Assembly: GCA_002305125.1 (NCBI GenBank)
Contig: DBQG01000050.1
Span: forward strand, 1-43,010
Reading direction: 5' to 3'
Length of the DNA: 43,010 nt
From: Patescibacteria group bacterium UBA1400
GTDB taxonomy: Bacteria; Patescibacteriota; Microgenomatia; UBA1400
In this document: positions 10,455 to 19,117 of the stretch, in pieces
Position numbering within the stretch: the stretch's first letter is position 1
Layout: the number at the start of each line of letters is the position of its first letter
Program-made: the position numbers and the translations under genes
Notes under the pieces: model-generated
What the model was told of the DNA's origin: nothing
Database searches by the model: none
The model's input: the letters and a program-made list of their open reading frames with translations, nothing else

Positions 10455-10494
10455 ACGCTGGTAAGTTAAATTTGTAAATAATAAAGAGTAAAAA

Positions 10495-10827
10495 ATGCCA
10501 ATATTAAAATCAGCTTTAAAAGCTCTAAGAAGAGATAAAAGGCGAACTAAGGTAAATAAGCCTTTAAAAACAGCATACCAAACTGTGGTTAAAAAGGTAA
10601 GGCAAAGTCCCACTAAACAAAATCTTACACAGGCTTATTCAATTTTAGATAAAGCTGCTAAAAAAAATATTATTCATAAAAATAAAGCTAGCAGACTTAA
10701 AGCTAATCTGACTAAACTAGTAAAACAAGAAAAGGTTGAAAATTCCGTCACCAAAACTGCTAAAAAACCTGTTAAGCAGAAAAAAACCGGCACTAAAAAA
10801 CCTTCTAAAAAAACAACCAAAAAGTAA
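10495..10827 (+). CDS. rpsT: 30S ribosomal protein S20 with Lys-rich C-terminal extension
   Basis: MP..KSA.K.LR, LDKAAKKNIIHKNKASRLK signature. Confidence 0.95.
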   Translation: MPILKSALKALRRDKRRTKVNKPLKTAYQTVVKKVRQSPTKQNLTQAYSILDKAAKKNIIHKNKASRLKANLTKLVKQEKVENSVTKTAKKPVKQKKTGTKKPSKKTTKK

Positions 10828-10874
10828 CTTTATTTTTCTTTTCACTCAATACTTATTTTTAAGGTAAAAAAGTC

Positions 10875-10903
10875 TTTACAAATATTTCTCCACAACTTAT
10901 ACT
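10875..10903 (+). promoter_or_regulatory. sigma70-type promoter for the pilN-like operon, probably leaderless
   Basis: TTTACA (10875-10880), 17 nt, TATACT (10898-10903), 6 nt to GTG at 10910. Confidence 0.65.
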
Positions 10904-10909
10904 GAAATT

Positions 10910-11476
10910 GTGGTGCAGCAAAAAAAAGCTATAAATCTTTTACCGAAAGAAGCGCTTGAACATACTCCCATTGGCAAGTTTCTTAAGTGGGCTTTAACTT
11001 TTGGCCGCTATATTGTCATATTTACTGAATTAATTGTTATTGTGGCTTTTCTTTTTAGATTTAAGCTGGACAGAGACTTAATAAATCTTCAAACAGAAAT
11101 TAAGAAAAATCAGTCCATTATTGATTCCTTAAGTGAACTAGAGGCAAATGTTAACCATGTTCACCAACAGCTGGCCTTTATTAAAAAAGAAGAAAATGAA
11201 AAAATAAACTCTTTCTCTTTGCTGGAAGAGCTAACCAAACATACTCCCTTGGATGTAGTTTTTTCTAACTTAAATCTCAGTCAAAAGTCAATAACTATTG
11301 AAGGAATTAGTTATTCAAAAAACGGCCTAAACACTTTTTTATATGGCCTTCAATCAAGTGATGTTTTTTCTGATATTAACCTGGAAAGCATTGTCTCTAA
11401 GGGTAATGTAAATCCAACTATAAAGTTTACTTTATCAGCTAAAATAATCACCAAACAAGATAAAAAAGGAAAATAA
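10910..11476 (+). CDS. pilN: PilN-like type IV pilus alignment protein
   Basis: N-terminal INLLP motif, one TM, coiled coil, then L.EL....P.DV....I.IEG.S ferredoxin-like pattern. Confidence 0.8.
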   Translation: MVQQKKAINLLPKEALEHTPIGKFLKWALTFGRYIVIFTELIVIVAFLFRFKLDRDLINLQTEIKKNQSIIDSLSELEANVNHVHQQLAFIKKEENEKINSFSLLEELTKHTPLDVVFSNLNLSQKSITIEGISYSKNGLNTFLYGLQSSDVFSDINLESIVSKGNVNPTIKFTLSAKIITKQDKKGK

Positions 11477-12114
11477 TGGTCTTTGACTATAAAACTCAAT
11501 ATCATCACTATAAAAGATACTTTTTAAAAATTAGATCATTGTCAGAAAAGCCAGTAACTCAGATTTCCCTGGCTCTAATAATGGTGCTGTTAACAATATC
11601 TTTTTTCAGTTTATTTGCCATCAAACCCACTGCCACCACCATTGCCAAATTAATTAAAGAAGTTAATGACAGCCAGGAAGTTAATGAAAAATTGGTTAAA
11701 AAGGTAGAAAGTTTATATCAAGCTCAGAAAGCTTACCAGGCTATCGAATCAGAGTTAACTTATATAAATTCGGCTCTCCCCCAAAACGCCAATTATATTA
11801 ATCTTGCCAGCAAGATTAATTATCTTGCCTATAACCACAACCTCCTTATCTCTTCTTCAAATTTCAGCGAATTTGATTTAATTAATCCCAATCCTGATCA
11901 AAATTTGTTAAACTTAAAACTATCAGTAGCCGGAGATTTTCTAAGCATAAAAGATTTTCTCAATGACCTTGAAAATCTGGATCGGTTAATAAAAATTAAT
12001 TCTATTCATTTTACAGATAAAAGCGAGGTTGAGGGAGCTCAAATACAGGCTGATATTAGCGGTGAAGTTTTCTGGCTTCCTTTATCCTTAATTGAAAAAG
12101 AAAAAAAACAGTAA
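11476..12114 (+). CDS. pilO: PilO-like type IV pilus alignment protein
   Basis: TM, coiled coil, ALP, and V.G.F..I.DFL..LE.L.RLI.I pattern; translationally coupled to pilN (TAATG). Confidence 0.8.
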   Translation: MVFDYKTQYHHYKRYFLKIRSLSEKPVTQISLALIMVLLTISFFSLFAIKPTATTIAKLIKEVNDSQEVNEKLVKKVESLYQAQKAYQAIESELTYINSALPQNANYINLASKINYLAYNHNLLISSSNFSEFDLINPNPDQNLLNLKLSVAGDFLSIKDFLNDLENLDRLIKINSIHFTDKSEVEGAQIQADISGEVFWLPLSLIEKEKKQ

Positions 12115-12119
12115 AAGTA

Positions 12120-12485
12120 ATGAAAAAAAAACAAAAAACAAATAAAGAGCTTTTTAACATTGCCGTCTTAACAGTTATTACTGTTTTTACCTGGATTGGA
12201 TTTGATGTTTATAGAACTTTAAATAAAAAGTCAAAAGTTCAGGTTGCTAAAAAGCAACTGGAAACAATTAACTCCAACTTTGATAAAAAAACTCTGGAAT
12301 CCCTTAAAATAAGAAAGGTTGTCAGCCAACAAGAGATGGAATCAACACCAGAAATGATTACTTTAGAAATAAAACAAGAAGAACAGGAGCAAAAAGAAGA
12401 TCAAGAAGCTACACCAGCTGGAGATTTTAAAGATATTGATTCTCAAACAGAATATTCAGGTGAAGAGATACAAGAACAGCCATGA
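12120..12485 (+). CDS. Single-TM hypothetical protein with acidic tail, in the position usually held by pilP
   Basis: Basic N-terminus, TM IAVLTVITVFTWIGF, E/Q-rich C-terminus; operon context. Confidence 0.7.
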   Translation: MKKKQKTNKELFNIAVLTVITVFTWIGFDVYRTLNKKSKVQVAKKQLETINSNFDKKTLESLKIRKVVSQQEMESTPEMITLEIKQEEQEQKEDQEATPAGDFKDIDSQTEYSGEEIQEQP

Positions 12486-13945
12486 AAAAAAGCTTATTTC
12501 ATAAAAAGTTTCCCACTATTTTAGGCATTATTATGCTCCTGTTTGTTATTGGTGGTGGTTTTTTTCTTTTTACCAAAAATCAAAACTCTGGAGCAAAATC
12601 AGGACCAGAGGTAACACCTAAAAAAATATTTATTACCAATATTACTGATTCTCAATTCACTGTTTCCTGGATTACTGATGAAAAGACAATCGGCTTTATT
12701 AAATATGGTTCAAGCCCCAGTGTAAAAATAAAATCCCTGGATGATAGAGATCAATTATCAGGTCAAGAAACTCCCGCCAATACTCACCATATAACTATTA
12801 AAGAACTTGAGCCGGGTAATACTTATTATTTTAAAATAAGTTCAGCGGGCAAACTTTATGATAATGAAGGCCAGCCATATAAGGTTATTCTTGGTCCCAC
12901 TCTGGGCTCTGCCGGAGAAGCAAAGATTGTTAGTGGAAAAGTTTTAAATCAAAACCAAACAGCTGCACCAGGAGTTATGGTTTACTTAAACTCTGCCAAT
13001 ACTGCCCTCTTATCTGCTTTAACCGATAAAGAAGGACGCTGGGCCATATTTTTAAATAAGGCTAGGAGTCAAGATTTAAGCTCTTATGCTATTTTTGATC
13101 CTGAAGCTACGCTCCTAAAAATTGAGGCGACCAATGGAGTAGATACTATTTCAGCAGTAACTAATACTAAAAATGCTTTTCCTGTACCTGATATAACTCT
13201 GGGAAATACTCCTTATGATTTTAGAACTAAGGAAGTGGCAAGTACAAATGAAACTTTTACTGATCAAAATTTAACAGAAGAGGCTTCTATCTCAAACTCT
13301 TTAGAGGAAAAGCCCCTTCCCTCACTTTCTCCCAGTCCTTCAGTGTTTAATACTGATTCTATAGAAGCAACGCCTTCTGGAGAAAATTCTCAAGAAGAAC
13401 TTCCGGGCCAATTTTTATCTGTTCCTCAACCTTCTGCTTCAGCGACAACAACCGAAGTTACTATTACTAATCCCACCCAAGAAGGAGAAGAAGTTTATAA
13501 TAGCAAGCCTGAAATAACAGGAACAGGACCTGCCAATACAGTTTTAACTATTCAAGTTCATTCTCCAGAAACGTACACCGGCACTGTTACTGTAGCTGAA
13601 GATGGTACCTGGAACTTTACTCCTTCAGCAAATTTAACACCCGGAGAACACACAGTTAAGGTAAGTTATACTGATGAAGAGGGTTTTATCCAAACCCTAT
13701 CCAGAAACTTTGTAGTTTTAGCCAGTAGTGCTGAAGAACAACCCCTATTAACTTCTACTCCTTCAGCTAGCCTGAATCCATCTCCTCAGGCCACACCTAG
13801 AGTTACTATTCCCTCAACATCCTCAGGCGTACCAATAACTGGAACCGTAGCTCCTACTTTTATAATTTTTATTCTCGGATTTCTACTAACCAGCATTGGT
13901 GTTGGAAATATTGTTATTGACAAACGTAAAAATAAGTTGCCATAA
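12482..13945 (+). CDS. Surface protein: N-terminal TM, FN3-like, carboxypeptidase-regulatory-like and Ig-like domains, S/T/P linkers, C-terminal VPITG + TM + basic tail
   Basis: ITDSQFTVSW...LEPGNTYYFKI (FN3-like); VSGKV...TDKEGRW; PEITGTG...DGTWNFTP..LTPGEHTV (bacterial Ig-like); ends VPITG-hydrophobic-KRKNKLP. Confidence 0.8.
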   Translation: MKKSLFHKKFPTILGIIMLLFVIGGGFFLFTKNQNSGAKSGPEVTPKKIFITNITDSQFTVSWITDEKTIGFIKYGSSPSVKIKSLDDRDQLSGQETPANTHHITIKELEPGNTYYFKISSAGKLYDNEGQPYKVILGPTLGSAGEAKIVSGKVLNQNQTAAPGVMVYLNSANTALLSALTDKEGRWAIFLNKARSQDLSSYAIFDPEATLLKIEATNGVDTISAVTNTKNAFPVPDITLGNTPYDFRTKEVASTNETFTDQNLTEEASISNSLEEKPLPSLSPSPSVFNTDSIEATPSGENSQEELPGQFLSVPQPSASATTTEVTITNPTQEGEEVYNSKPEITGTGPANTVLTIQVHSPETYTGTVTVAEDGTWNFTPSANLTPGEHTVKVSYTDEEGFIQTLSRNFVVLASSAEEQPLLTSTPSASLNPSPQATPRVTIPSTSSGVPITGTVAPTFIIFILGFLLTSIGVGNIVIDKRKNKLP

Positions 13946-13974
13946 TGAATAAACAAGCTAATTTTTTACAATAA

Positions 13975-15708
13975 ATGGATACAAATAAAGCTTCTAGTCC
14001 AGCTGATCAGGCTGTTCCACCGGTTGAAGAGCCGGGCGACAACCCACCTCCAACAGATAATCAGGCATCAAACCAATCCCTTACTCCTCCTGTAGAACCA
14101 ATTCAAGAAAGTGAAAAAACTCAAGAAGAAACATTCCAGTCATCACAACCTTTTCCTCCCATAGAAGAACAAAAAGAACTAAACAACCCAACTCAACAAC
14201 AAAAACCGGAAGAAACTCCAAAACAAGACATTCCAGTAGAGGGATTAACACCTTCTGCTAATCCAACTGAACAAGCATCTAATCCTCAACCGCCCTCATC
14301 TCCACCATCTAACATTCCCCCCAATGAACCTGATCATAGTATGAATCAACCTGAAGAGAAAAAACCTTTTAACTTTTGGAAAAATAAAAAAGTCACTTTA
14401 CCGGTTTTAGCTGTTTTTTTACTCATTGGTATAACTTTAAGTGTTTTTAGTTTAAACAAAAAATTACCAGAAATGTTTCCAGAAAATCCCTATGAAAGCC
14501 CTTCTCCTCCTGCCTCACAACTACCTGGAAATTGTAATAATCCAACGTGTGGTAATTATATGGACTGCAACAGCTATCCTGATGGCTGGTGCACTAATAA
14601 AAATCAATGTGAAGCTAATCCAGATTGGGAATGGAAGGGAGCATCTTGTTATTGCAGCGTTTGCGGAGACGGCTGTTGCGTGCGTAAAAATAGTAATCCT
14701 GAACCCGTAGGAGTTATCTGCGGCGCTGATAGCAGTGGAGTTTGGGTAAAAAATAATACTGGTTCTCCGATCAATAATCTACAGGTGGACTGGTTTGCAA
14801 GATACTGCGCAACTAATCCTGGCTGTGTTTGTTCTGGAGGGGAAAATCACGACACCATTAATTTAGCTGCTGGTGAAAAAAGAACTTTTGGCATGACAAA
14901 TCCACAATATCCTGAAAATAACTGTGACTGGGCCTGGCAAACAGATATTACAACAGCTGACTGTCATAGCACTGATCATGGTTGCGATGATAGGCCCTGT
15001 GATTCTCCTCCACCATCATCTCCTCCACCATCATCTCCTCCACCTCCACAAATGCCTAATTGTACTAGCTTAACAGGGCCGGCTGAAGTAATGGCAGGAG
15101 AGCAAGCAACATTTATAGGAACATTTTCCGGAGGCGGAGGAACTTTAACTGACGTAGGATTGGGAATAAGAGTTACAGGAGCCAATTGTAATAATCTCAC
15201 CAAATGGATTCATGAACCTGTTTTAAATAGCAATGATCCCTACACCCATGCTTTTACTTGGACCCCGGATGTAACCGGAGCTTATACTGTTTATGGTATC
15301 GCTTGGAATAATGGCTTTGCTGAATGTAGAGGAGATTGTGTTACTGTTCCTCCTGTTTTCCCATGTCAGGGGACCTGTTTATTATCAACAACTGTATCAA
15401 GCCCTAATCCGGACACCATGCGATGTTCTAATCTTGAGGTTGATGCAGAAACTATTCAAATTGGTGATGAAATTATTTTTACCTGTACAGGACAAGTCTC
15501 TTCAGGAACATTACCCAACAGCTATTTTGACTTTAGGTACTCTATTGATACTGCTCAATGGGTTACTTTAGATACCCAAAATCAAACAGGCATTACTGAA
15601 CCTTTTGAAATTACTCAAGCAGGGGATTATGTTGTTCAATGTAGGTATTGTTCAGAATTAGGAAACTGTACTACCTGGGGATCTGGAGGTTGGATACCAA
15701 TAGAATAA
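13975..15708 (+). CDS. Membrane-anchored Cys-rich protein with P/E/Q-rich disordered N-terminus
   Basis: About 130 aa low-complexity N-terminus, KNKK + TM, then about 29 Cys by my count, SPPPS linker and beta-rich domains. Confidence 0.8.
   Translation: MDTNKASSPADQAVPPVEEPGDNPPPTDNQASNQSLTPPVEPIQESEKTQEETFQSSQPFPPIEEQKELNNPTQQQKPEETPKQDIPVEGLTPSANPTEQASNPQPPSSPPSNIPPNEPDHSMNQPEEKKPFNFWKNKKVTLPVLAVFLLIGITLSVFSLNKKLPEMFPENPYESPSPPASQLPGNCNNPTCGNYMDCNSYPDGWCTNKNQCEANPDWEWKGASCYCSVCGDGCCVRKNSNPEPVGVICGADSSGVWVKNNTGSPINNLQVDWFARYCATNPGCVCSGGENHDTINLAAGEKRTFGMTNPQYPENNCDWAWQTDITTADCHSTDHGCDDRPCDSPPPSSPPPSSPPPPQMPNCTSLTGPAEVMAGEQATFIGTFSGGGGTLTDVGLGIRVTGANCNNLTKWIHEPVLNSNDPYTHAFTWTPDVTGAYTVYGIAWNNGFAECRGDCVTVPPVFPCQGTCLLSTTVSSPNPDTMRCSNLEVDAETIQIGDEIIFTCTGQVSSGTLPNSYFDFRYSIDTAQWVTLDTQNQTGITEPFEITQAGDYVVQCRYCSELGNCTTWGSGGWIPIE
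15004..15044 (+). repeat. 15-bp tandem repeat TCTCCTCCACCATCA x2.7, encoding SPPPS-SPPPS-SPPP
   Basis: Perfect copies at 15004 and 15019, partial copy at 15034. Confidence 0.9.
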
Positions 15709-15710
15709 AT

Positions 15711-16604
15711 ATGGAAAAGAAAAAACTAATAACCATCGCCGCTTTAGGAGTAACAACAATTTTAACCTTAATTGCTGTTTTTACAGCCATCAAACTGTAT
15801 CAAATCGGCAAAGAACCTACTCCTTCAGATTCTAAAACAAGCCAGCAGCCTCAAGAAAAAACTCCAGAAGTTTATCAACAAGATCCATTAAGTTGTCAGC
15901 TTACCTTTACTGTAACTGAAGAAAGTCCTCCTCCTGAATTATGTACTGTTAATGGTGATATTACTGTAGAAACCTCAGGAGAAGATACTATTATCACTGT
16001 TTATGCCCCCATTAATTATGCCAACCCAGGTATCTTAGTAACTATTGCTGACTATACCACCTGCCATCAAAATCCAGCGGAGTTTGGCAGTTATAATTGG
16101 CGCTGGACCCTTAGTTCATCCCCCTACAACATGATTGAGAGGATAGACTTTTATGTTAACATTCCTGAAGATGAAGCATGTTCAAGTGGAGAAAGCTGCG
16201 GCACCTGGACTCCAGATGCTTCACCCAGTCCATCTGAATCTGCCTCACCTAGCCCTTCAGAGTCAGCTTCACCCAGTCCATCTGAATCTGCCTCACCTAG
16301 CCCTTCTAGCTCACCCAGCCCGGGAACTAGTACACCCCCTGCTTCACCTTTACCAGGTTGCTGGGACTACTGCACTTCAGATAGTCAATGTTCTTCTTCA
16401 TTAAGATGTATCCAGACAAATGGTGCTACAAGATGTGCTAATCCTTATTGTCCTAGTGAACAAGACTGCGTGTGTCCGGCTGCTAGCCTCACTCCCAAAG
16501 GAGGCGAACCTGCCGAAGACTTACCTGTAGCAGGTACAATATCTCCCACCATCTTTCTGGCTGTGGGCGGAGTCCTGTTAATTATCTTGGGGTTACTGCT
16601 TTAA
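15711..16604 (+). CDS. Surface protein: N-terminal TM, SPSPSESA repeats, 8-Cys domain, C-terminal LPVAG + TM
   Basis: Start moved to ATG 15711 (MEKKK), 2 nt after upstream stop; CWDYC...CANPYC..DCVC domain; ends DLPVAGTISPT + hydrophobic helix. Confidence 0.8.
   Translation: MEKKKLITIAALGVTTILTLIAVFTAIKLYQIGKEPTPSDSKTSQQPQEKTPEVYQQDPLSCQLTFTVTEESPPPELCTVNGDITVETSGEDTIITVYAPINYANPGILVTIADYTTCHQNPAEFGSYNWRWTLSSSPYNMIERIDFYVNIPEDEACSSGESCGTWTPDASPSPSESASPSPSESASPSPSESASPSPSSSPSPGTSTPPASPLPGCWDYCTSDSQCSSSLRCIQTNGATRCANPYCPSEQDCVCPAASLTPKGGEPAEDLPVAGTISPTIFLAVGGVLLIILGLLL
16218..16306 (+). repeat. 48-bp-period duplication (41 bp identical) built from two diverged 24-bp units encoding ASPSPSES
   Basis: GCTTCACCCAGTCCATCTGAATCTGCCTCACCTAGCCCTTC at 16218 and 16266. 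Confidence 0.9.
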
Positions 16605-16606
16605 AA

Positions 16607-19117
16607 CTACTTCCAAGAAGGAAACCAGAAAAAGAAGTCAACCAAATTTTTTGGTAATAAAACTCCAGCATACAAAGGATAGAAAAAAAAGAAGGCAACG
16701 ACAACTAAACTTAAGTAAAAGTAAACAAAGTGGCTGCTATTTTTGCTCCAATTCCTACTTTCATTTAAAAACCAGGCAATAAGAATCGTTAAAAATGGAA
16801 CAGCTGGAAGATAATGGTGTAAAAACATAATTCTTGGAGAAAAAGTCCAGGGCAGAAAAAAAATAAAGTAAAAGAATACAATAAGAGCTAGGTTTAATTC
16901 TTTGAATTTTAAAAATCTTTTAATAACCTTAAACAATATCCAAGGTAAAATAAATACGCCTGTCCACCAAATAATAGGATTACCTAAATTATAAATATTC
17001 CCAATTTTATTTTCTTCGTATTTAACCCAAAACCAAACAGGTCTCCACATAATAGGCCAAGTTAAGGCAGAAGATTGATAAGGGTGAGTTGCTTTTAGGC
17101 TGGTATGATACCACCACATCTGTTTTTGAAGTTCCAAAAACCGGTCAAAACTATGACCAGAAGTAAAAAAGGGCAAGTAGCAAAGTAAGTAAACAAGCGG
17201 AGGAACAATAAAATAACCTAAGAAGCTAACTACATATTTTAACCTTATCTTGTTAGTATTTTTCTCTTCTAAAAACTGCTTGACTAAAAGAACTATTACT
17301 GCTGGAAACAAATACAATCCTGTCCACTTGGTTCCGATAGCCATTCCCAAACAAACAGCAGACAGTAAATAATTCTTTTTTAAACTTAAAAGAATTGTAA
17401 AAAGAAGGAAGAAAAGAAAATAAACATCAGCCATGCCCACCCTACTCATAACAAATAAAAGCCCATCAAAAGCAAGAATAAAAGCAGCGAGTAGGCCTAT
17501 CTTTTCATTCTTAAAAACCTGACGGGCAATTAAATAAGTTAAGTAAATAACTCCCACTCCAAATAACGTCGCAGGAAAACGGAAAGCATACTGAGCCATC
17601 TTATTATTTTGACCAAACAATAATACTCCCCCTGCCATAAAAAGCTTAGCCAAAGGAGGATGAGTCCACTCATAAGCAAAGCCTTCAGGAGAAGCATTCC
17701 ACCATTCCCAGGCTTTAATATTGCCTTTTGCCATTTCCTGGGCTGTAAAACCATGATAAACCTCATCAAAAATATAATCAGGCGGATGCCAAATATTAAA
17801 AACCCTAATAACAAAGCTAAAAAAAAGAATTAAACCAAGATAAAGTTTAACATTTTTTACCCTAATCCAGCGGTTTGTTATTTTATTGATTTTAAAAAAT
17901 GACAAAAATCTTTCACTGTCAAACTTAACTTCTTTTAGCTTCCCTACCCAAAAGAATAAAGTTATCAGATAAACAAAAATGGTAATCAAGCTTAGCAAAA
18001 AAGAAGTTCCCCCAAAAACGTTTGTTATTTTTGAGAAATCAGGATAGTAATAATTATAAACAAAAAACAGGTTAACCAAATGAGCAAAAGAAAGAAAAAT
18101 AAAACCCAGAAGTAAAACAACGGATCTATAAAGACCTGTTGCTATGAGCAAAAAAGGAAGGGTGGACAAAAGATATCTTTCATGCACTCTGGTAGGAAAA
18201 AGAAAAAAGTTAAAAAGAAATAAAGCTCCTGCCAAATAAAAAGCTCTTTTTTTACCCTTCTTTTTTAAAAGGAAAAAGGCAACTATAGCCTCCCAGAATA
18301 AAAATATAAATAACCCCCATTGTTGATAGGAAAAATTTAAAAATAAGGCAGCATCTTGCTGCCAACCAGCTATAAGTCCCCATAAGTTAAAAGCATTTAG
18401 AGAGGTATAGGCATAATCTTCTCCCATCTGAATTATAAGTTTAAAAAGGCCAAAAAAGGGATCATAAGGAAAAAAAGGTAAAGCTAAAAATAGAACCATA
18501 AGCAAAGCTAAACTAAGGTAAATTATTCCCTTTAAAAACTTTCTCTGTTTAAGGAAAAAAACTATTATTAAAGGAAAAATGAATAATGCCTGAGGTTTTA
18601 CCAAAAGAGCTAAGCTATAAATTAAAGAAGAAGTAATAATTTTATTTTTATTTAATAAAAAATAAATGGTAGAAACCAACAGTAAGTTTAATAAAGAATC
18701 TGCCTGTCCCCAAACACTAGAATTAAAAATCACGGCAGGATTAAGCAGGTAAAGCAGAAAGCTTGTCCAGGCCCACTTGGATGACTTTATTTTTACTATT
18801 TTGAAAATTAAAACTGCGGTGATAATATCAGCTAAATTATTAGGCAATTTAAATAGTTGCAATAATAAAAACGGGTCAGTAATACTAAAAAGCTTTTTAA
18901 GCCAACCCAACCCCCATAAAATAAAAAGATAGCCAGGCGTATAATGAGTCCAGATATCAGGATGGTAAAAATTAGCAGGTCCCAAGCTAACTAATCTATC
19001 TGCCCAACTGTACCAAGCGGACATGTCTACCCTAAAACCTTTAAAAAAAGACAGCAAGATTCTTATTAAAAAACCAAAGCTAATTAAACTCCAAAAAATA
19101 ATCTTTTCTCTTTTCAT
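16607..19117 (-). CDS. Tandem GT-C protein: N-terminal GT87/Alg6-like domain fused to a PMT (GT39) protein O-mannosyltransferase-like domain
   Basis: N-half Y.PGY, NPA..FNS..WGQ.DS, KPQ, VHERY; C-half FDEVY, HPPLAK, TKWTG, HPYQS..WP..RP, GNP.IWW, FLHHYLP. Confidence 0.85.
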   Translation of the reverse strand: MKREKIIFWSLISFGFLIRILLSFFKGFRVDMSAWYSWADRLVSLGPANFYHPDIWTHYTPGYLFILWGLGWLKKLFSITDPFLLLQLFKLPNNLADIITAVLIFKIVKIKSSKWAWTSFLLYLLNPAVIFNSSVWGQADSLLNLLLVSTIYFLLNKNKIITSSLIYSLALLVKPQALFIFPLIIVFFLKQRKFLKGIIYLSLALLMVLFLALPFFPYDPFFGLFKLIIQMGEDYAYTSLNAFNLWGLIAGWQQDAALFLNFSYQQWGLFIFLFWEAIVAFFLLKKKGKKRAFYLAGALFLFNFFLFPTRVHERYLLSTLPFLLIATGLYRSVVLLLGFIFLSFAHLVNLFFVYNYYYPDFSKITNVFGGTSFLLSLITIFVYLITLFFWVGKLKEVKFDSERFLSFFKINKITNRWIRVKNVKLYLGLILFFSFVIRVFNIWHPPDYIFDEVYHGFTAQEMAKGNIKAWEWWNASPEGFAYEWTHPPLAKLFMAGGVLLFGQNNKMAQYAFRFPATLFGVGVIYLTYLIARQVFKNEKIGLLAAFILAFDGLLFVMSRVGMADVYFLFFLLFTILLSLKKNYLLSAVCLGMAIGTKWTGLYLFPAVIVLLVKQFLEEKNTNKIRLKYVVSFLGYFIVPPLVYLLCYLPFFTSGHSFDRFLELQKQMWWYHTSLKATHPYQSSALTWPIMWRPVWFWVKYEENKIGNIYNLGNPIIWWTGVFILPWILFKVIKRFLKFKELNLALIVFFYFIFFLPWTFSPRIMFLHHYLPAVPFLTILIAWFLNESRNWSKNSSHFVYFYLSLVVVAFFFFYPLYAGVLLPKNLVDFFFWFPSWK

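Noticed and set aside
10380..10613. 77-aa minus-strand ORF
   Set aside because: Antisense to rpsT and its promoter; no motifs
16218..16306. Direct repeat considered as a CRISPR array
   Set aside because: Only two near-adjacent copies, no unique spacers, in frame within a gene, no cas genes
14492..16404. Alternate-frame ORFs inside the surface-protein genes, including repeated HPVHLNLPHLAL and GGGDD
   Set aside because: By-products of the in-frame Ser/Pro repeats
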